Positions 1-11,144 of a stretch of 64,000 bases of DNA are shown here, one piece after another (within the stretch, counting starts at the first letter, position 1; every line of letters begins with the position of its first letter). Below the pieces are notes generated by a model, which was given only the letters and a program-made list of their open reading frames with translations, was not told the origin of the DNA and did not search any database. The translations under genes were made by a program, and so were the position numbers. Location of the stretch: assembly GCA_000004985.1 (NCBI GenBank), contig GG738903.1; one strand, given 5' to 3'. The DNA is from Naegleria gruberi. Taxonomy: Eukaryota.

Positions 1-510
1 TGATGGTGGTGGTTTCAATGTCAAGGTTGGAATCATCACCGGTTGATTATTAGCTTTCATGATGATTCAACCTGCAAGTTATGAAATTTTTTTTTGATGA
101 TGGTTGAAAATTGTCAAATTTCTGCCGTCAACCAAAAAACCGACCGACATGCAAAAGTGCGAACTAACAAATTTGTACAAATTGAGGTTGGTTAGGGTTT
201 TGAATTGTGTTGACCTTGAAAATTTAAGGGTGTGTGATTTTACTGTTACATCGCAAGGTGTTGGAAAATCTTTTTAATTTTTCAAATTGGAAAGGAGAAA
301 CTGTTAAAACTAAAGCTGAATAAGTTGAGCGAGTTCTAATCTTGGAATGAGATGCTTTTAACCAATACTTTGTAATCATGATTTTTTCATGCAATTATTT
401 CTTACAATCAAAAGTTTCATTCCTATAAGGAAGTACTAAGGAAGACCTGAAACTTTTCAATAATAAAACAATTTCCAAAAAGTAAACTAACTGGGTTTAA
501 AAATAAATAA

Positions 511-3390
511 TTATTTAAATATTTGTACACGATGATTGTGATAATCTACTACAACGAGATGACCTTCACTTGTGATTGAAACTCCATTAGGTCCATCGAA
601 TTGTCCATCTTCAGAACCATAACATCCAAATTGTTTGATAATTACACCCTCTCTCAAGTTCCAAATTTGAATTCTATTGTTTGCATAATCGCAAATGGCT
701 GCAAAATTGAGACCAATATTTTTCTTCAAACAACAAATACCAGTTGGGTCACATTCAGAATTTTCTTGTTTCTTGACAGAGAATTTTCTAACAAAGGTAC
801 CATCCAATGTAAAAACTTGGACTCTACAATTGTATCTATCAGTGATTACCAAATTACCATCAATGTCAATATCCAAACTGTTAGGTCCATAGAAATAACC
901 TCCTTCCATTTCTGGATTAGTACCATTAGTTCCAAAAGATTTGAGGAATGAGCCATACTTGTCAAACATTTGAATTCTGTGATTATGATGGTCACATACA
1001 ATAATTTTACCAGGTATTTGAGACTTGGTCTCTGAAACAATAATACCAGTTGGATAACTGAAATGACCATACTCTGCTCCCTTTGAACCAAACTTTCCAA
1101 CCTCAGTTCCAGACTTATCAAAGGCATACACACAATGATCATCACTAGTAACAAGGATTACACCCTCCTTGGCATCAAAAGTGACACCGTATGGTTTAGG
1201 GACTGAGAACTTTCTCAAAAACTTTCCTTGCTTGTCGAATATTTGAACACGATTGTTCTCATTATCACAAATTATGATATTATCACTCGGATCTATGGCG
1301 ATATCGGTTGGGCTGGAAAATTGACCGTCTTCTGTTCCTTTTCCACCAAAACCTAAAACGAATTTACCCTCAATTTTACATTTGATTTCTTGGGTAGGTA
1401 TTACAGGAGTGTTTGGACTACTGTGAACGGATGGAGAGCTTGTACAGCTTGAGGATGATACATTACTATTAGCATTGGATGAAGGAGCATTCTTTGGACC
1501 AATGGCACCAAGTTTGTCTATTGATTCCATGAGTTCTTTCATCGAATCAAAATTTACACAAACATCCAAAGTATCAGACAAGTAACTTCTATCAATCTTT
1601 CTTAAATTTTCTTGGAATTGTTGAACAAGTACAGGAATGAGTAAACTCTTCTTGGTCTTGGATTGAATAAATTCAGCCAAGTCCATCTTGGAAAGATTTT
1701 CCATAAAACCGTCTGTCAAAAACTTAATTTGAGATAATTGTTGCATTCCACTGTTCAAAATCTTTTCACAAATTTCATCTTCACAACAAATTTTCCACTT
1801 TTCTGTCAATTCCTTTCTCTTTTGAGCCAACCTCTTTTCCAAGATATCAAAATTTTCATTGATCGACTTGACGCCATCTTCATAAGTGTGAGATATTGTT
1901 CCCTTGTCACGAGCTAATTTTTCCATTTTTTCTGAAATGTTTTGTTGCATTTGGAAAATTTGGTTTTTAAGCTCTTGTTTTTCTTTTTGATAAACTTCTT
2001 CAACTAGGTCACAGTCATGTCCCTTGTGCTTTGAAATGGCACAGATAGCACAAATCAATTCATCTCCACAAGTATGACACCAAGTGTTCAACTTTTGGTC
2101 TTTGTGGGTTTCACAACAATCAGTCAATGGTCTTAAATTATGGTGGTTAGTACTGACACTTGTTGGGGAAGTAACAGTTTTGTCCACATTTGATGATACT
2201 GATGATGAATTAGAAACAGTGCCACTAGTATTAGAAACAGTGCTACTAACAGACAAGGAAGCAGACAAAGTAGAAGCAATGGATGAAATTGCCGAACCGA
2301 TCGAATTGGCGAATCCTGATGATGTAGTCGGAGTGGAAGCTACACTTCCAGTTGGTGTTGAAGTGTTGCTACTCATTGATACTGTAGCTACTGATGGTTT
2401 GTTTGTTGTTGTTGCACTTGTATTGGTAACAGGGATAAGACCAACAGGTGTTCCGTTTGAGAATTTTCTTTTTGATTGTGGAGATCCAGGTGTAGCTTGG
2501 ACAGATGAATTATTGGCTGTGGTTGGAGAACCTTGTGGTTGTGGCTCCTTCTTTGGGATGTGAAGTCGAGGAGAGGTGTTAGATGGACTTTGGTGTTGTT
2601 GTTGCTGCTGTTGTTGTTCCATAATTTGGTGCATGGCTGATCCGAGCATAATAGGAGAGGATGAAAGAAGGGCAGCTGCACTAATATTCGAAGTTGAAGT
2701 TCCATGAACTGGAGTCATGGATGATGGAGTACTGGTAGAGTTGATTCCTTGTGATTGAACTGAAGATGGTAGCGTCTTGATATTAATTGGTGTCAAGTTG
2801 AGAATATCACTCTCCTTGCTGGATGGACTCATCATGATATTATTATTATTCATTGTTATTCCTTTTGATGGACTTCCAATAATTGCAACTCCACTATTGA
2901 AATTGTTAATTGGAGTATTATTTGATGATTGTGTTGTTATTGTTGAAGAGGATGATGAAGATGGAGAGTTTCTTGTTGGTGTTGCACTTGAAGGTGATTG
3001 ATATTGTTGAGTGGGAGAACGAACGCTTCCATTGGTTGGAGTGGTTGTTGGAGTTGAGTGATCAATCACTGTTGGTGAATTATTGGTAGGACTCTTCATA
3101 TTATGTGCTGGAGGTGGACTAGATGAAAACAGATGAAGCGCCTGAGGTCTTCTTTCATCCAAAATACATTCTTCACTCTCATCGACTTGTTTTACATTAT
3201 CAATAATAACTTCTTCTAACATTGGAGATTGTGGTTCAATATCTATTGATCTATTGTTGGAGGAGGAGGTAGAAGAACTGTGGGTATGATGTTGAAAATC
3301 ATCAGAATCATCAAAGTGAAACAATTCTTCTTCTACAATAGTTTCCGAATATCCTGTATGTTGTTGAAAATCATCAGCCTGATCAGACAT
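511..3390 (-). CDS. B-box / coiled-coil / NHL-repeat protein (TRIM-NHL-like, no RING visible)
   Basis: 959-codon ORF. B-box-like zinc finger CHTCGDELICAICAISKHKGHDC. Long predicted coiled-coil region in the middle. C-terminal NHL repeats with repeated motifs, e.g. DGQFSSPTDIAIDPSDNIIICDNENNRVQIF, GHFSYPTGIIV, HNHRIQMFDKYG, NNRIQIWN. N-terminal Ser/Thr/Asn-rich low-complexity region. Domain calls are from motif recognition, no search was run. Confidence 0.8.
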   Translation of the reverse strand: MSDQADDFQQHTGYSETIVEEELFHFDDSDDFQHHTHSSSTSSSNNRSIDIEPQSPMLEEVIIDNVKQVDESEECILDERRPQALHLFSSSPPPAHNMKSPTNNSPTVIDHSTPTTTPTNGSVRSPTQQYQSPSSATPTRNSPSSSSSSTITTQSSNNTPINNFNSGVAIIGSPSKGITMNNNNIMMSPSSKESDILNLTPINIKTLPSSVQSQGINSTSTPSSMTPVHGTSTSNISAAALLSSSPIMLGSAMHQIMEQQQQQQQHQSPSNTSPRLHIPKKEPQPQGSPTTANNSSVQATPGSPQSKRKFSNGTPVGLIPVTNTSATTTNKPSVATVSMSSNTSTPTGSVASTPTTSSGFANSIGSAISSIASTLSASLSVSSTVSNTSGTVSNSSSVSSNVDKTVTSPTSVSTNHHNLRPLTDCCETHKDQKLNTWCHTCGDELICAICAISKHKGHDCDLVEEVYQKEKQELKNQIFQMQQNISEKMEKLARDKGTISHTYEDGVKSINENFDILEKRLAQKRKELTEKWKICCEDEICEKILNSGMQQLSQIKFLTDGFMENLSKMDLAEFIQSKTKKSLLIPVLVQQFQENLRKIDRSYLSDTLDVCVNFDSMKELMESIDKLGAIGPKNAPSSNANSNVSSSSCTSSPSVHSSPNTPVIPTQEIKCKIEGKFVLGFGGKGTEDGQFSSPTDIAIDPSDNIIICDNENNRVQIFDKQGKFLRKFSVPKPYGVTFDAKEGVILVTSDDHCVYAFDKSGTEVGKFGSKGAEYGHFSYPTGIIVSETKSQIPGKIIVCDHHNHRIQMFDKYGSFLKSFGTNGTNPEMEGGYFYGPNSLDIDIDGNLVITDRYNCRVQVFTLDGTFVRKFSVKKQENSECDPTGICCLKKNIGLNFAAICDYANNRIQIWNLREGVIIKQFGCYGSEDGQFDGPNGVSITSEGHLVVVDYHNHRVQIFK

Positions 3391-4175
3391 TTCTCGAAAG
3401 TTTAATAAATTATATTTGTAAAATTATTGTTGTTGTTGTTGATTCTCTCTTATAAGAGTTTGATAAATAAATAAATATTGAATGATCACGTTTGTTCTTG
3501 ATTATACTATTGTATTATTATTATAATATTCGTTTTTTTTATCTTCGGAGATTTTAAATATGATATTATTATTGTTACTATTATTGTTGTTGTTGTAGTT
3601 GAGCAGCTATAACGGTTGCTGTTATTTGATGATGATAATATTATGTATTCTTCAAGAGTTTCAAAAAGCGAGCAAATTAATGACAACTTTAAAATCTTAC
3701 GAAAAATGGGGAACGTGTAGTGTAGAGATAATTTTTTGAAAATGGATGAGGAACTTCTATGCTTGTTATCTTATTAACAAATGTGAAATGTCAACCAAAT
3801 ATCTTGTAATTATCACTACAATACAATAATTTCCATGTTTGTGCACTAACTTTTGATGCGTTTTCATTCAAATTCATAAAATTTTGCAATGGACAAGTGT
3901 TCGATTCCTTAACTTGCACCAGCTCATTTTCTTTAAGAAAGGCACTAGGTACAGAACCAAGGTCTATTATTTTCTAATGTTTCTTATTGACATCCTAAAA
4001 CAATCCTGCTCGTACGTTTTAATTTCCCTCAACACTTACAAACTGCGTGCGCACCAATTTTTCTTTTCGGTAATTTAAAAACTTTTTCAAATCTCTCAAA
4101 TAATTTCAAAAAAAAACAAAACAAACAACATCTCTCTCATAGCTAATCATCTCTACAAATTTATCAAGAAACAAA

Positions 4176-5036
4176 ATGGCTACTAAACAAGCACTGTGTG
4201 TTGGAGGTACATCAGGTATCGGAAGAGCATTGGCAATTAAATTTGCCTCTCAAAAATTCAATGTTTCAATCATGGGAAGAAGTGAAGAAGCAGGAAAGGA
4301 AATTATTGAAGAAATGAAAAAATTGAATCCAGAAGGAAAGTTTGAAATGATTAAAGTGGATGCCTCTCTCATGAAGGATATTGAAAAAGTGTGTGAGGAA
4401 TATAAACAAAATCATGATCGATTGGATTATTGTGTTCTTTCACAGGGAATTGCAAGTATGAATGGAAGAACAGAAACAAAGGAAGGAATTGATGTAAAAT
4501 TGGCACTTCATTATTATGGAAGAGTTATGTTTGTGAGACAATTGCAAGATTTATTGAGATTGACATCAAAAAATTCAGATGTGAGAGTCTTGACAGTTTT
4601 ATCAGCTGGTGTTCATTCACCTTACACCAAATTGGATGATTTGGATTTGAAACATAACTTTACATTGAAGAATGCAGCAGATGCAGCTGGATTTTACAAT
4701 GATCTCGCCATGGATCAATTATCCAAAGAGGAAGGCAATCAAAATATTGCATTCATTCATCAAGCTCCTGGAATTGTGGCTACTCAATGGGGTCGTGATT
4801 TTCCAACTGTTTTGAGATGGGCATGTGAAGTTGTCAAGGTAGTGGCTGCTAAATCTCCTGAGAAATATGCTGAATATACTTATAATGCATTGAGTTCAGA
4901 TTCTACACGAAAGGGCTTCCATTTATTGAATCAATACGGAGAGCCAGCAAGTGTGACAAAGAGTCATACTGATAATATCAGAGAAACAGTTTGGAAACAC
5001 ACTGTAGAATTGTTAAATAAGGCCCTTGGAAAATAA
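4176..5036 (+). CDS. Short-chain dehydrogenase/reductase family protein (NAD(P)-binding Rossmann fold)
   Basis: 286-codon ORF with AAAATGG start context. N-terminal TGxxxGIG dinucleotide-binding motif (CVGGTSGIGRALAIKF). No clear classical YxxxK catalytic motif seen, so it may be an atypical SDR. Confidence 0.8.
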   Translation: MATKQALCVGGTSGIGRALAIKFASQKFNVSIMGRSEEAGKEIIEEMKKLNPEGKFEMIKVDASLMKDIEKVCEEYKQNHDRLDYCVLSQGIASMNGRTETKEGIDVKLALHYYGRVMFVRQLQDLLRLTSKNSDVRVLTVLSAGVHSPYTKLDDLDLKHNFTLKNAADAAGFYNDLAMDQLSKEEGNQNIAFIHQAPGIVATQWGRDFPTVLRWACEVVKVVAAKSPEKYAEYTYNALSSDSTRKGFHLLNQYGEPASVTKSHTDNIRETVWKHTVELLNKALGK

Positions 5037-5169
5037 TCATTTAAAAACTAATAATTTGTAAATAATAAACTAAAACTAAATTAATTTCCTAATTTCATTT
5101 GGATAGCTCTTCAAATTTTTATAGTATTAATGTCACAAAGCAAAACTTATTTATTGAACTTCAGATCAA

Positions 5170-6051
5170 TTAAAGAGAGTAAACTTCGTAATCTAGAGTG
5201 GTAAATTCACGAGTTGATCCAGTCAAGTAATCCTTTCCCAAATTTGAATAAGTGAATGGATTAGTGAAACTTTTCTTGGTACCTCTAGCAATGAAAATAT
5301 CATGTCCACCTCCAAAAGTTGGATGATCAACAGATCTATGATAAACTGAATAATTGACATATGCAGAATGTGGTCCATCTTGAATCAATTTCTTGAATCT
5401 TTCATCTCTCTTTGGTCCAATTAAACTAAATAAGAAAGCTTTGGAATCTGGGAAGAAATCCAACATTGCTGAACTCCAACTCACTGAAGTATAACCTCCA
5501 AAGATAGCTCCTGAGCTTGCCTTAATAATTGTTACAGTTGGTCCTTGATTATCACATTTTGAATGGAAAGATCTGGCTCTGAATCCATCCTTAGATGCAT
5601 TATAAAGTAATTTCATTGGTCTAGTTTTAACATCTTTCAACAATTCATCAATAAATCTCTTAGATTGATTTGCAGTTAAAAAAGTTGATTTTGACAAATC
5701 TCCAATTAATCCCAAATCCACCTTTGATTCCGTTTTCCTCTTACTTGTTCTCTTTTTAAGAATTTTCAGTTTAACGCTCTTTGATTTTGTTGGGTTGCCA
5801 TCCTTATTAGCATTCAAGGTAACCCGAGGAGCATTTCTATTCCTAACAACAACTGCTTGTTTACGCATCACCTTCTTACCATGTTGGTTTTGTTGTTGTT
5901 TTGATCGTTTTATTAATCTTGCTGTTGCCTTAATAGAAGCCTTGGTAGTTCCCTTAGCTTTCTTCCCCTCAACAGCAGAAACAACAACAACACTCAACAC
6001 GACCAACAGCAACAACAATAACAAGAAGAAAACGCCTCTCCTCATCATCAT
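5170..6051 (-). CDS. TLDc-domain protein with N-terminal signal anchor
   Basis: 293 codons. N-terminus MMMRRGVFFLLLLLLLVVLSVVVVSA is hydrophobic (signal peptide or type II anchor). A basic linker follows. The C-terminal 160 residues match the TLDc pattern: LLYNASKDGF..FHSKCDNQGPTVTIIK..GAIFGGYTSVSW...AFLFSL...FGGGHDIFI...EVYSL. Confidence 0.6.
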   Translation of the reverse strand: MMMRRGVFFLLLLLLLVVLSVVVVSAVEGKKAKGTTKASIKATARLIKRSKQQQNQHGKKVMRKQAVVVRNRNAPRVTLNANKDGNPTKSKSVKLKILKKRTSKRKTESKVDLGLIGDLSKSTFLTANQSKRFIDELLKDVKTRPMKLLYNASKDGFRARSFHSKCDNQGPTVTIIKASSGAIFGGYTSVSWSSAMLDFFPDSKAFLFSLIGPKRDERFKKLIQDGPHSAYVNYSVYHRSVDHPTFGGGHDIFIARGTKKSFTNPFTYSNLGKDYLTGSTREFTTLDYEVYSL

Positions 6052-6308
6052 ATCGTTTTGCTTTAATTTTTTAATGATGAACTGTAAAGGTGAATGGTAG
6101 CGGACAGTAAAGGAAGAATTTTGTCAATGCACTCTATGGCCAGAGTTGAGATAATAGAATTGAGAGAAAAAGAACAAGTATATGAATTTGTTTAAGGAGC
6201 CTGATTCTCATAGTGATTTTAATTTTATGATTAAAAAACATGTTGTGATGATGAACGCGGGAGATTAGTACGATTTCCTCAAAATTAAAGAAAATTGATG
6301 TAAAAAAA

Positions 6309-9300
6309 ATGTCGGCATCAGCAGATTATGATTCAAAGAAGAGAAAAATTTTGGAGGCTTCTGATTCAGTTGATCAAATTGTTTCGGATGAAAATGATAG
6401 ACTCATTGATCAAGTTTCTGATGCGCTTCATCGATTGACTCTACAAAAACGAGCTGATTCAATGGTAATGGCATTGGTCGATGATAAAAGACAAGTTTCA
6501 TCATCATCATCTTCCCGTGATGAAAGGCTTGATTCTCTCCAGCAAATGCAACAAGAAAAAGTTGTTGTGTTGAAAGTTGGTGGTAAGTTCTATCAACTTC
6601 ATCTTTATTCGAATTTAATATATTTTGATCATCCATAGGAAAATTCTTTAACACAACAATGAGAACTTTGGTGGGAGAAAGAGGAAGAAAATTAGAAAAT
6701 TTGGATAATGACGAAGAAATGAAGGAAGGTGAAGAAGAAAAACAAGATGAAGACGAAAACGATGAAAAAGAAGAAACAAAAGATGATGATTGTGAATATG
6801 TCACAGCACAACCGAACTTGTTCAAAGTCATGTTTGATTCTGGAATTGGCATTGAGAGAGATGAAGCAAACAAGTCTGCAATTTCATTCCCTGATAGAAA
6901 TCCAGACTATTTCGAATATGTTTTAGAGCACTTGAGACAGGGAGGAAAAGTTAAATCGCTTGGTGTTGAGAAATTGAATGCCAATCAGTTGGAGAACATT
7001 TTGGAAGAGTCCAATTATTTTGCAACTGAAAAGTTATCAGAGTACATTCTATTCTTACTCGAAAAGTATCACAAGTTACATGGGTCGAATTTGGGCAAGT
7101 TTGCTGAAACAGAAGATCAGAATTCAGAATCTAAATCATTAATAGTACCTCAAAAGGTTGAAATTCCAATTGAACAAGTTAGACAAAGACTCCTTCTAGT
7201 TGAAGATTCCATCAATGAATCAAAGAAGGTGGCCAAAGAATTATCACTCAAATTAGTTAGCAAGTACCAGAACTTCATCTTGGGAAATGATTTAGAGACT
7301 GACCTGTCTGTTAAAATTGATGTTTCTGGTCAAATTTTCACAATTCCTTTTGCCATTTTGCAACAGCATGAAACTTTCCTCATTTCCAAGTACATTTTAG
7401 CACCAAATTTTTGTTTGAATGAGAATGGGTGCATCTTTATTGATAGAAGTCCAAAGTTATTCGCCCTTATTCATTCATATATGATTAGTGGCAAATTTAC
7501 TCATTTCCCAAAAAACCTCTCAAGGGAAAAGAAACATCAATTGAAGCAAGAAGCAGAATTTTATGGTGTCATCTCTATTATTAATGATTATCTTGATCCA
7601 TTACGTTACCCAGTTGAAAAGATTGGCCAAGACAATATTGAATTGAAAGAAAAGGAAGACAAATTGAGAGAAATATATGCAAAGGAAAGAGAATCACCAT
7701 TATTGAACGATCCATATCTATTACTATCACCTCTCTTCCAAAATTTAGAAGAAATTAATGATCAAGAAAAGTACAGAATTGATTTTGGAGAATGTCCTAA
7801 ATTATTAGATTTATCTGACAAAACCAGATATTCCAGACAAGTTTCTAAACCTCAACTTTTAACTAATTTGGGCGCTTTCAAATTGAATTGGCATAGATTC
7901 ACGCAAGGAGCACTCAAAGGTCTGGATTGGAACAATGTAATTGCTGCAGGTGAGTTCAATTAATTCTTCGATTTTAATTTATAATATTTAAATTAGGTGG
8001 TGGTATTCTTGCTTGTTGTTTGAAACCTGACACTTCCGAAAATATCAGTACCGTTGGTCTTAATTTACCACGCAATGGTTCTGAAAGAAAAAAGTCTTCC
8101 AAACCAATGATGGATGATAATGAAGAGAATGATGTTTCAGATTTTGGTTATTGGAAAAGATTGAAAAAAGAATCATCAGCAGAGGAAGGTGAGTCATTAA
8201 CACAAACAAAGCTTGATAAGGATAGATATCTTAGGGGGGACACGACTATATACAGGTTTCTTAGTTACACAACAGACGATAAGAGAACAAATTTGAGAAA
8301 TCTTGAGAAAATATATACACCCATCATTTCTAAAACAACAGCTGTTCCTGTGGTGGATGAAAAGAAAGAAGACGCTTTTTTCATTCCAGAGGCAAATATT
8401 CCAAGCTCATTTAAAAATTCAGATATTGATCTCTTTCTGTATGCTCTAAGTGAAGAACAAGCAGAAGAAAAAATCAATCACATTTATCAAACCATTAAGA
8501 AAAATATGAGATCTAGATTAATTACAAAATATTCTGAAAAAACTAATAGTCAAGATTTCTTAAGCGGAGAAATGGTCAGGGCTTATGAGGATGGTGTTAT
8601 CAGAACTGAAGAATGTACGGTTAATGATGATGTTCTGGTTGTTAGAACTAAATTTGCTGTTACATTCTATTGTTACAAACTCAGACCAATTCAAGTTGTT
8701 TTGAGAATTTACAAATCACCTGCTGAAGTTTTGTTAGGTTTTGACATTGATTGTGCTACTATGGGGTATGATGGATATCAAGTTTGGTCAAGTGAAAGAG
8801 CAAGAAGAGCTTTAATGTATCATACTAATCTTGTTGATGTTGATAGACAATCTACAACTTATGAATATAGATTATACAAGTACAGTAAGAGAGGTTTCTC
8901 TGTTTCAATTCCAGGTTATGATACTGCTAAAGTTCAAAATCAATTGTTGCAATATCCACGAAGATATTCATTTAATTCTACTGAGTATTTATTGCATGGC
9001 TTGGCAAGACTTATTGCTTTCGATAACTCTTGTCGCTCTAGATACCCACAACGTGTTTTAGGCGCGTATGACAGAGATAACCAAGCACAGTCAATTGAGG
9101 AAAATTCAGTACTTGTACTTTCTGGTGAGCTAAATGTCAAGTCAGATTATCTTGATCTGAACATCATCAAATCACACAAATACCCTCCAAGTATTATCTT
9201 TGAAACTTTGGAAAGAGCTCGCAAGGTTGTTGCCAAGATTAATTTAGAAAAAGAAGATACCTTTACGCGCTCACTTGATACGTTTGTTTTAGACAGCAGA

Positions 9301-9981
9301 TTGAAAGAAAATACATCTAACATTATAAGAAAGAGAAATCCAGATTGGAAACCACACTTTATTTATACTTTAAATGATATTGATACCATAATTAATAATG
9401 AAATATTTGATTCCAGACTCTCCAAGAAGATTGAGTTTCTTACAGTTGATCCAGGAACTCAAAAAATTGGTTCTTTCCATCCTAAGGATATTAACTTTTA
9501 TAGAGATGCCTATCAACCAGTTCCATCCACTAATTTACCTGTTTTAGGTGATGAATATTCCACAAATACATACATTTGGTACAAGTCAATGACTTCACCT
9601 CCAGAACAAGTAATTAGCAAAACGGACAAAAGATATCAAAAATTACCTGTTAGAACTGCTCCTTTTTATTCACTTACCAATGAAGTAGTATGGTTCGAAG
9701 TGTTGACACCAGAAGAAAGCAACACAATAGAGACTGAATACAGAAAGTACCTTATTTACAAGAGTCCTGAAAGATTTGCACTTTCAGAATGTGAAATAGT
9801 TGATTTTTCATTGAATAGACTTTTCTGTGTGATACTACTCATCCCTTCCAACCAAATACCTTTAAATTATTATTCCGAAAAGAATTTTCTGATTACAATG
9901 GCTATCATGATGATGAGGGTACCAATAAGGTTGATATTCTGGCTTTCAATGCACACTATTAAATATCAACATTTTATTTAA
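6309..9981 (+). CDS. Tandem BTB/POZ (KCTD/T1-type) domain protein, three exons, with a large conserved C-terminal region of unknown function
   Basis: The ORF-track entries 6309-6638, 6659-7963 and 8020-9981 join in frame through two short introns. Intron 1 is about 6583-6638: GTAAGT donor placed right after VLKVGG in the middle of a BTB/T1 motif, CATAG acceptor, and the motif continues as KFFNTTMRTLVGERG. Intron 2 is about 7950-7996: GTGAGT donor and TTAG acceptor, phase 1 at both junctions. The downstream reading frame is open from the acceptor and has no ATG of its own. A first T1 domain carries an acidic insert (SFPDRNPDYFEYVLEHLRQGG). A second T1 domain is DVSGQIFTIPFAILQQHETFL. The C-terminal ~650 residues contain the motif VLLGFDIDCATMGYDG. 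Confidence 0.7.
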
Positions 9982-9994
9982 TCTAATATATTAT

Positions 9995-10519
9995 TTAGAA
10001 AGAATGCATCAACTTTTCAGCTTCAGTATCAGAACTTGGAAGATAACCACAATTTCCTTCAGTCATCAAAACTGGAACATTGCATTCCAAAGTGACATCC
10101 AATTCAGTTCCATTAACCTTATAGGAATAACCTTCAAAATCATTGGCTTCCTTGTTTGGATTGTGAACAATCTTCAAAGTCATCTTGGTTAATCCAAGGA
10201 AAGCTTCCTTACAATCAGGATCCTTCATAAATTCTTCTGGAATGTCAGAACACAATCTGGCAATTCTTCTTGACTTCATCAAGAATTTGACAACACCAGT
10301 GACGGCTGGAGCATCTTCAGTGTCCCATGAACCAAACTTGTACTTGAGATCACCTGGGAGTGAGGTAACACTATCCCAATCCAATAAGAAGACCATTTGA
10401 GGATTGAGCTTTTGCAAATCACTATTCCAACCCTTAACTTCAGCATACAATTCACGAGCTAATTTCTTGAATGGAAGAGAACCAGACTTTGGGAGGAATT
10501 GGGCTTCGTAGTCAGACAT
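9995..10519 (-). CDS. Hypothetical small acidic protein (174 aa), strong high-expression codon bias
   Basis: Clean ATG start. No low complexity. Codon choice dominated by aag, ttc, gtc, cca, ggt, gaa, which are the preferred codons in highly expressed dictyostelid genes. No recognisable family motif. Confidence 0.6.
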   Translation of the reverse strand: MSDYEAQFLPKSGSLPFKKLARELYAEVKGWNSDLQKLNPQMVFLLDWDSVTSLPGDLKYKFGSWDTEDAPAVTGVVKFLMKSRRIARLCSDIPEEFMKDPDCKEAFLGLTKMTLKIVHNPNKEANDFEGYSYKVNGTELDVTLECNVPVLMTEGNCGYLPSSDTEAEKLMHSF

Positions 10520-11144
10520 GTTGATTTGTTGTTTTGTTGTTTTTTGTTTGTTTTTGTTGTGGAAAAATAGTTCTGTGAGAGTTGCGTGCTATTTAAGGCC
10601 TGTAAAATTGTAAGAAATCTTGCGCCTGTACTTTGAACTGTATCGACACAAATCATTTTACGGTAGGGGCGGAATTGGATTGGTCGTTAAAATCAGCCAG
10701 GGAAATCTCTATACTTGTCCTTATTCCTTCCTTAATAGCGAACGATACATCTTGTTATCTCTGGAAATTGGGAAGGAATATGCTTCGAATCGTGAAATTT
10801 ACACTTCATCAACGAGGAATAACACAATTTTATCAGTTGAATCATATTACAGTTGTTGTTGATGTAACATTACGTAAAATCAATAGTAAGGCCTTACTAA
10901 AAGCACAACGTGTTTTAGTGCATGCTTAATTACAAGTTTATTAATAATATTTGGTGGTGATAATATTCAACCTTAATGATAAGGTTAAATATGAAGATAT
11001 GAATTATCATCAACAACAAGAACATGAAATCAAGATTCAAAGAAATTGACTTCCAATTCTTGTTGGATCATTACCAAACAAACTTGTTTGCATAATGAAA
11101 ATGCAATCATGTTAAATTTCTTTAGGTTTATAAATTTTAAAAAA

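Noticed and set aside
601-3001. Plus-strand ORFs antisense to the NHL gene
   Set aside because: No domain signal, and they are fully contained in a well-supported minus-strand CDS.
8380-8780. A nucleotidyltransferase (cGAS/Mab-21-like) reading of SDIDLFL ... GFDIDC in the BTB protein C-terminal region
   Set aside because: There is no hG[GS] motif, and the spacing between the acidic motifs (about 110 aa) is too long for the NTase fold. It is left as unknown function.
8020-9981. Treating the three ORFs 6309-6638, 6659-7963 and 8020-9981 as separate genes
   Set aside because: In-frame GTAAGT/GTGAGT...AG introns with matching phases join them. A BTB motif is split by intron 1 and the last ORF lacks an ATG, so a single-gene model is preferred.
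10620-10929. Two ORFs of 80 and 98 aa in the 10.5-11.1 kb intergenic block
   Set aside because: No codon bias and no motifs, and they overlap each other in different frames. The region is kept only as a possible ncRNA or foreign-fragment finding.
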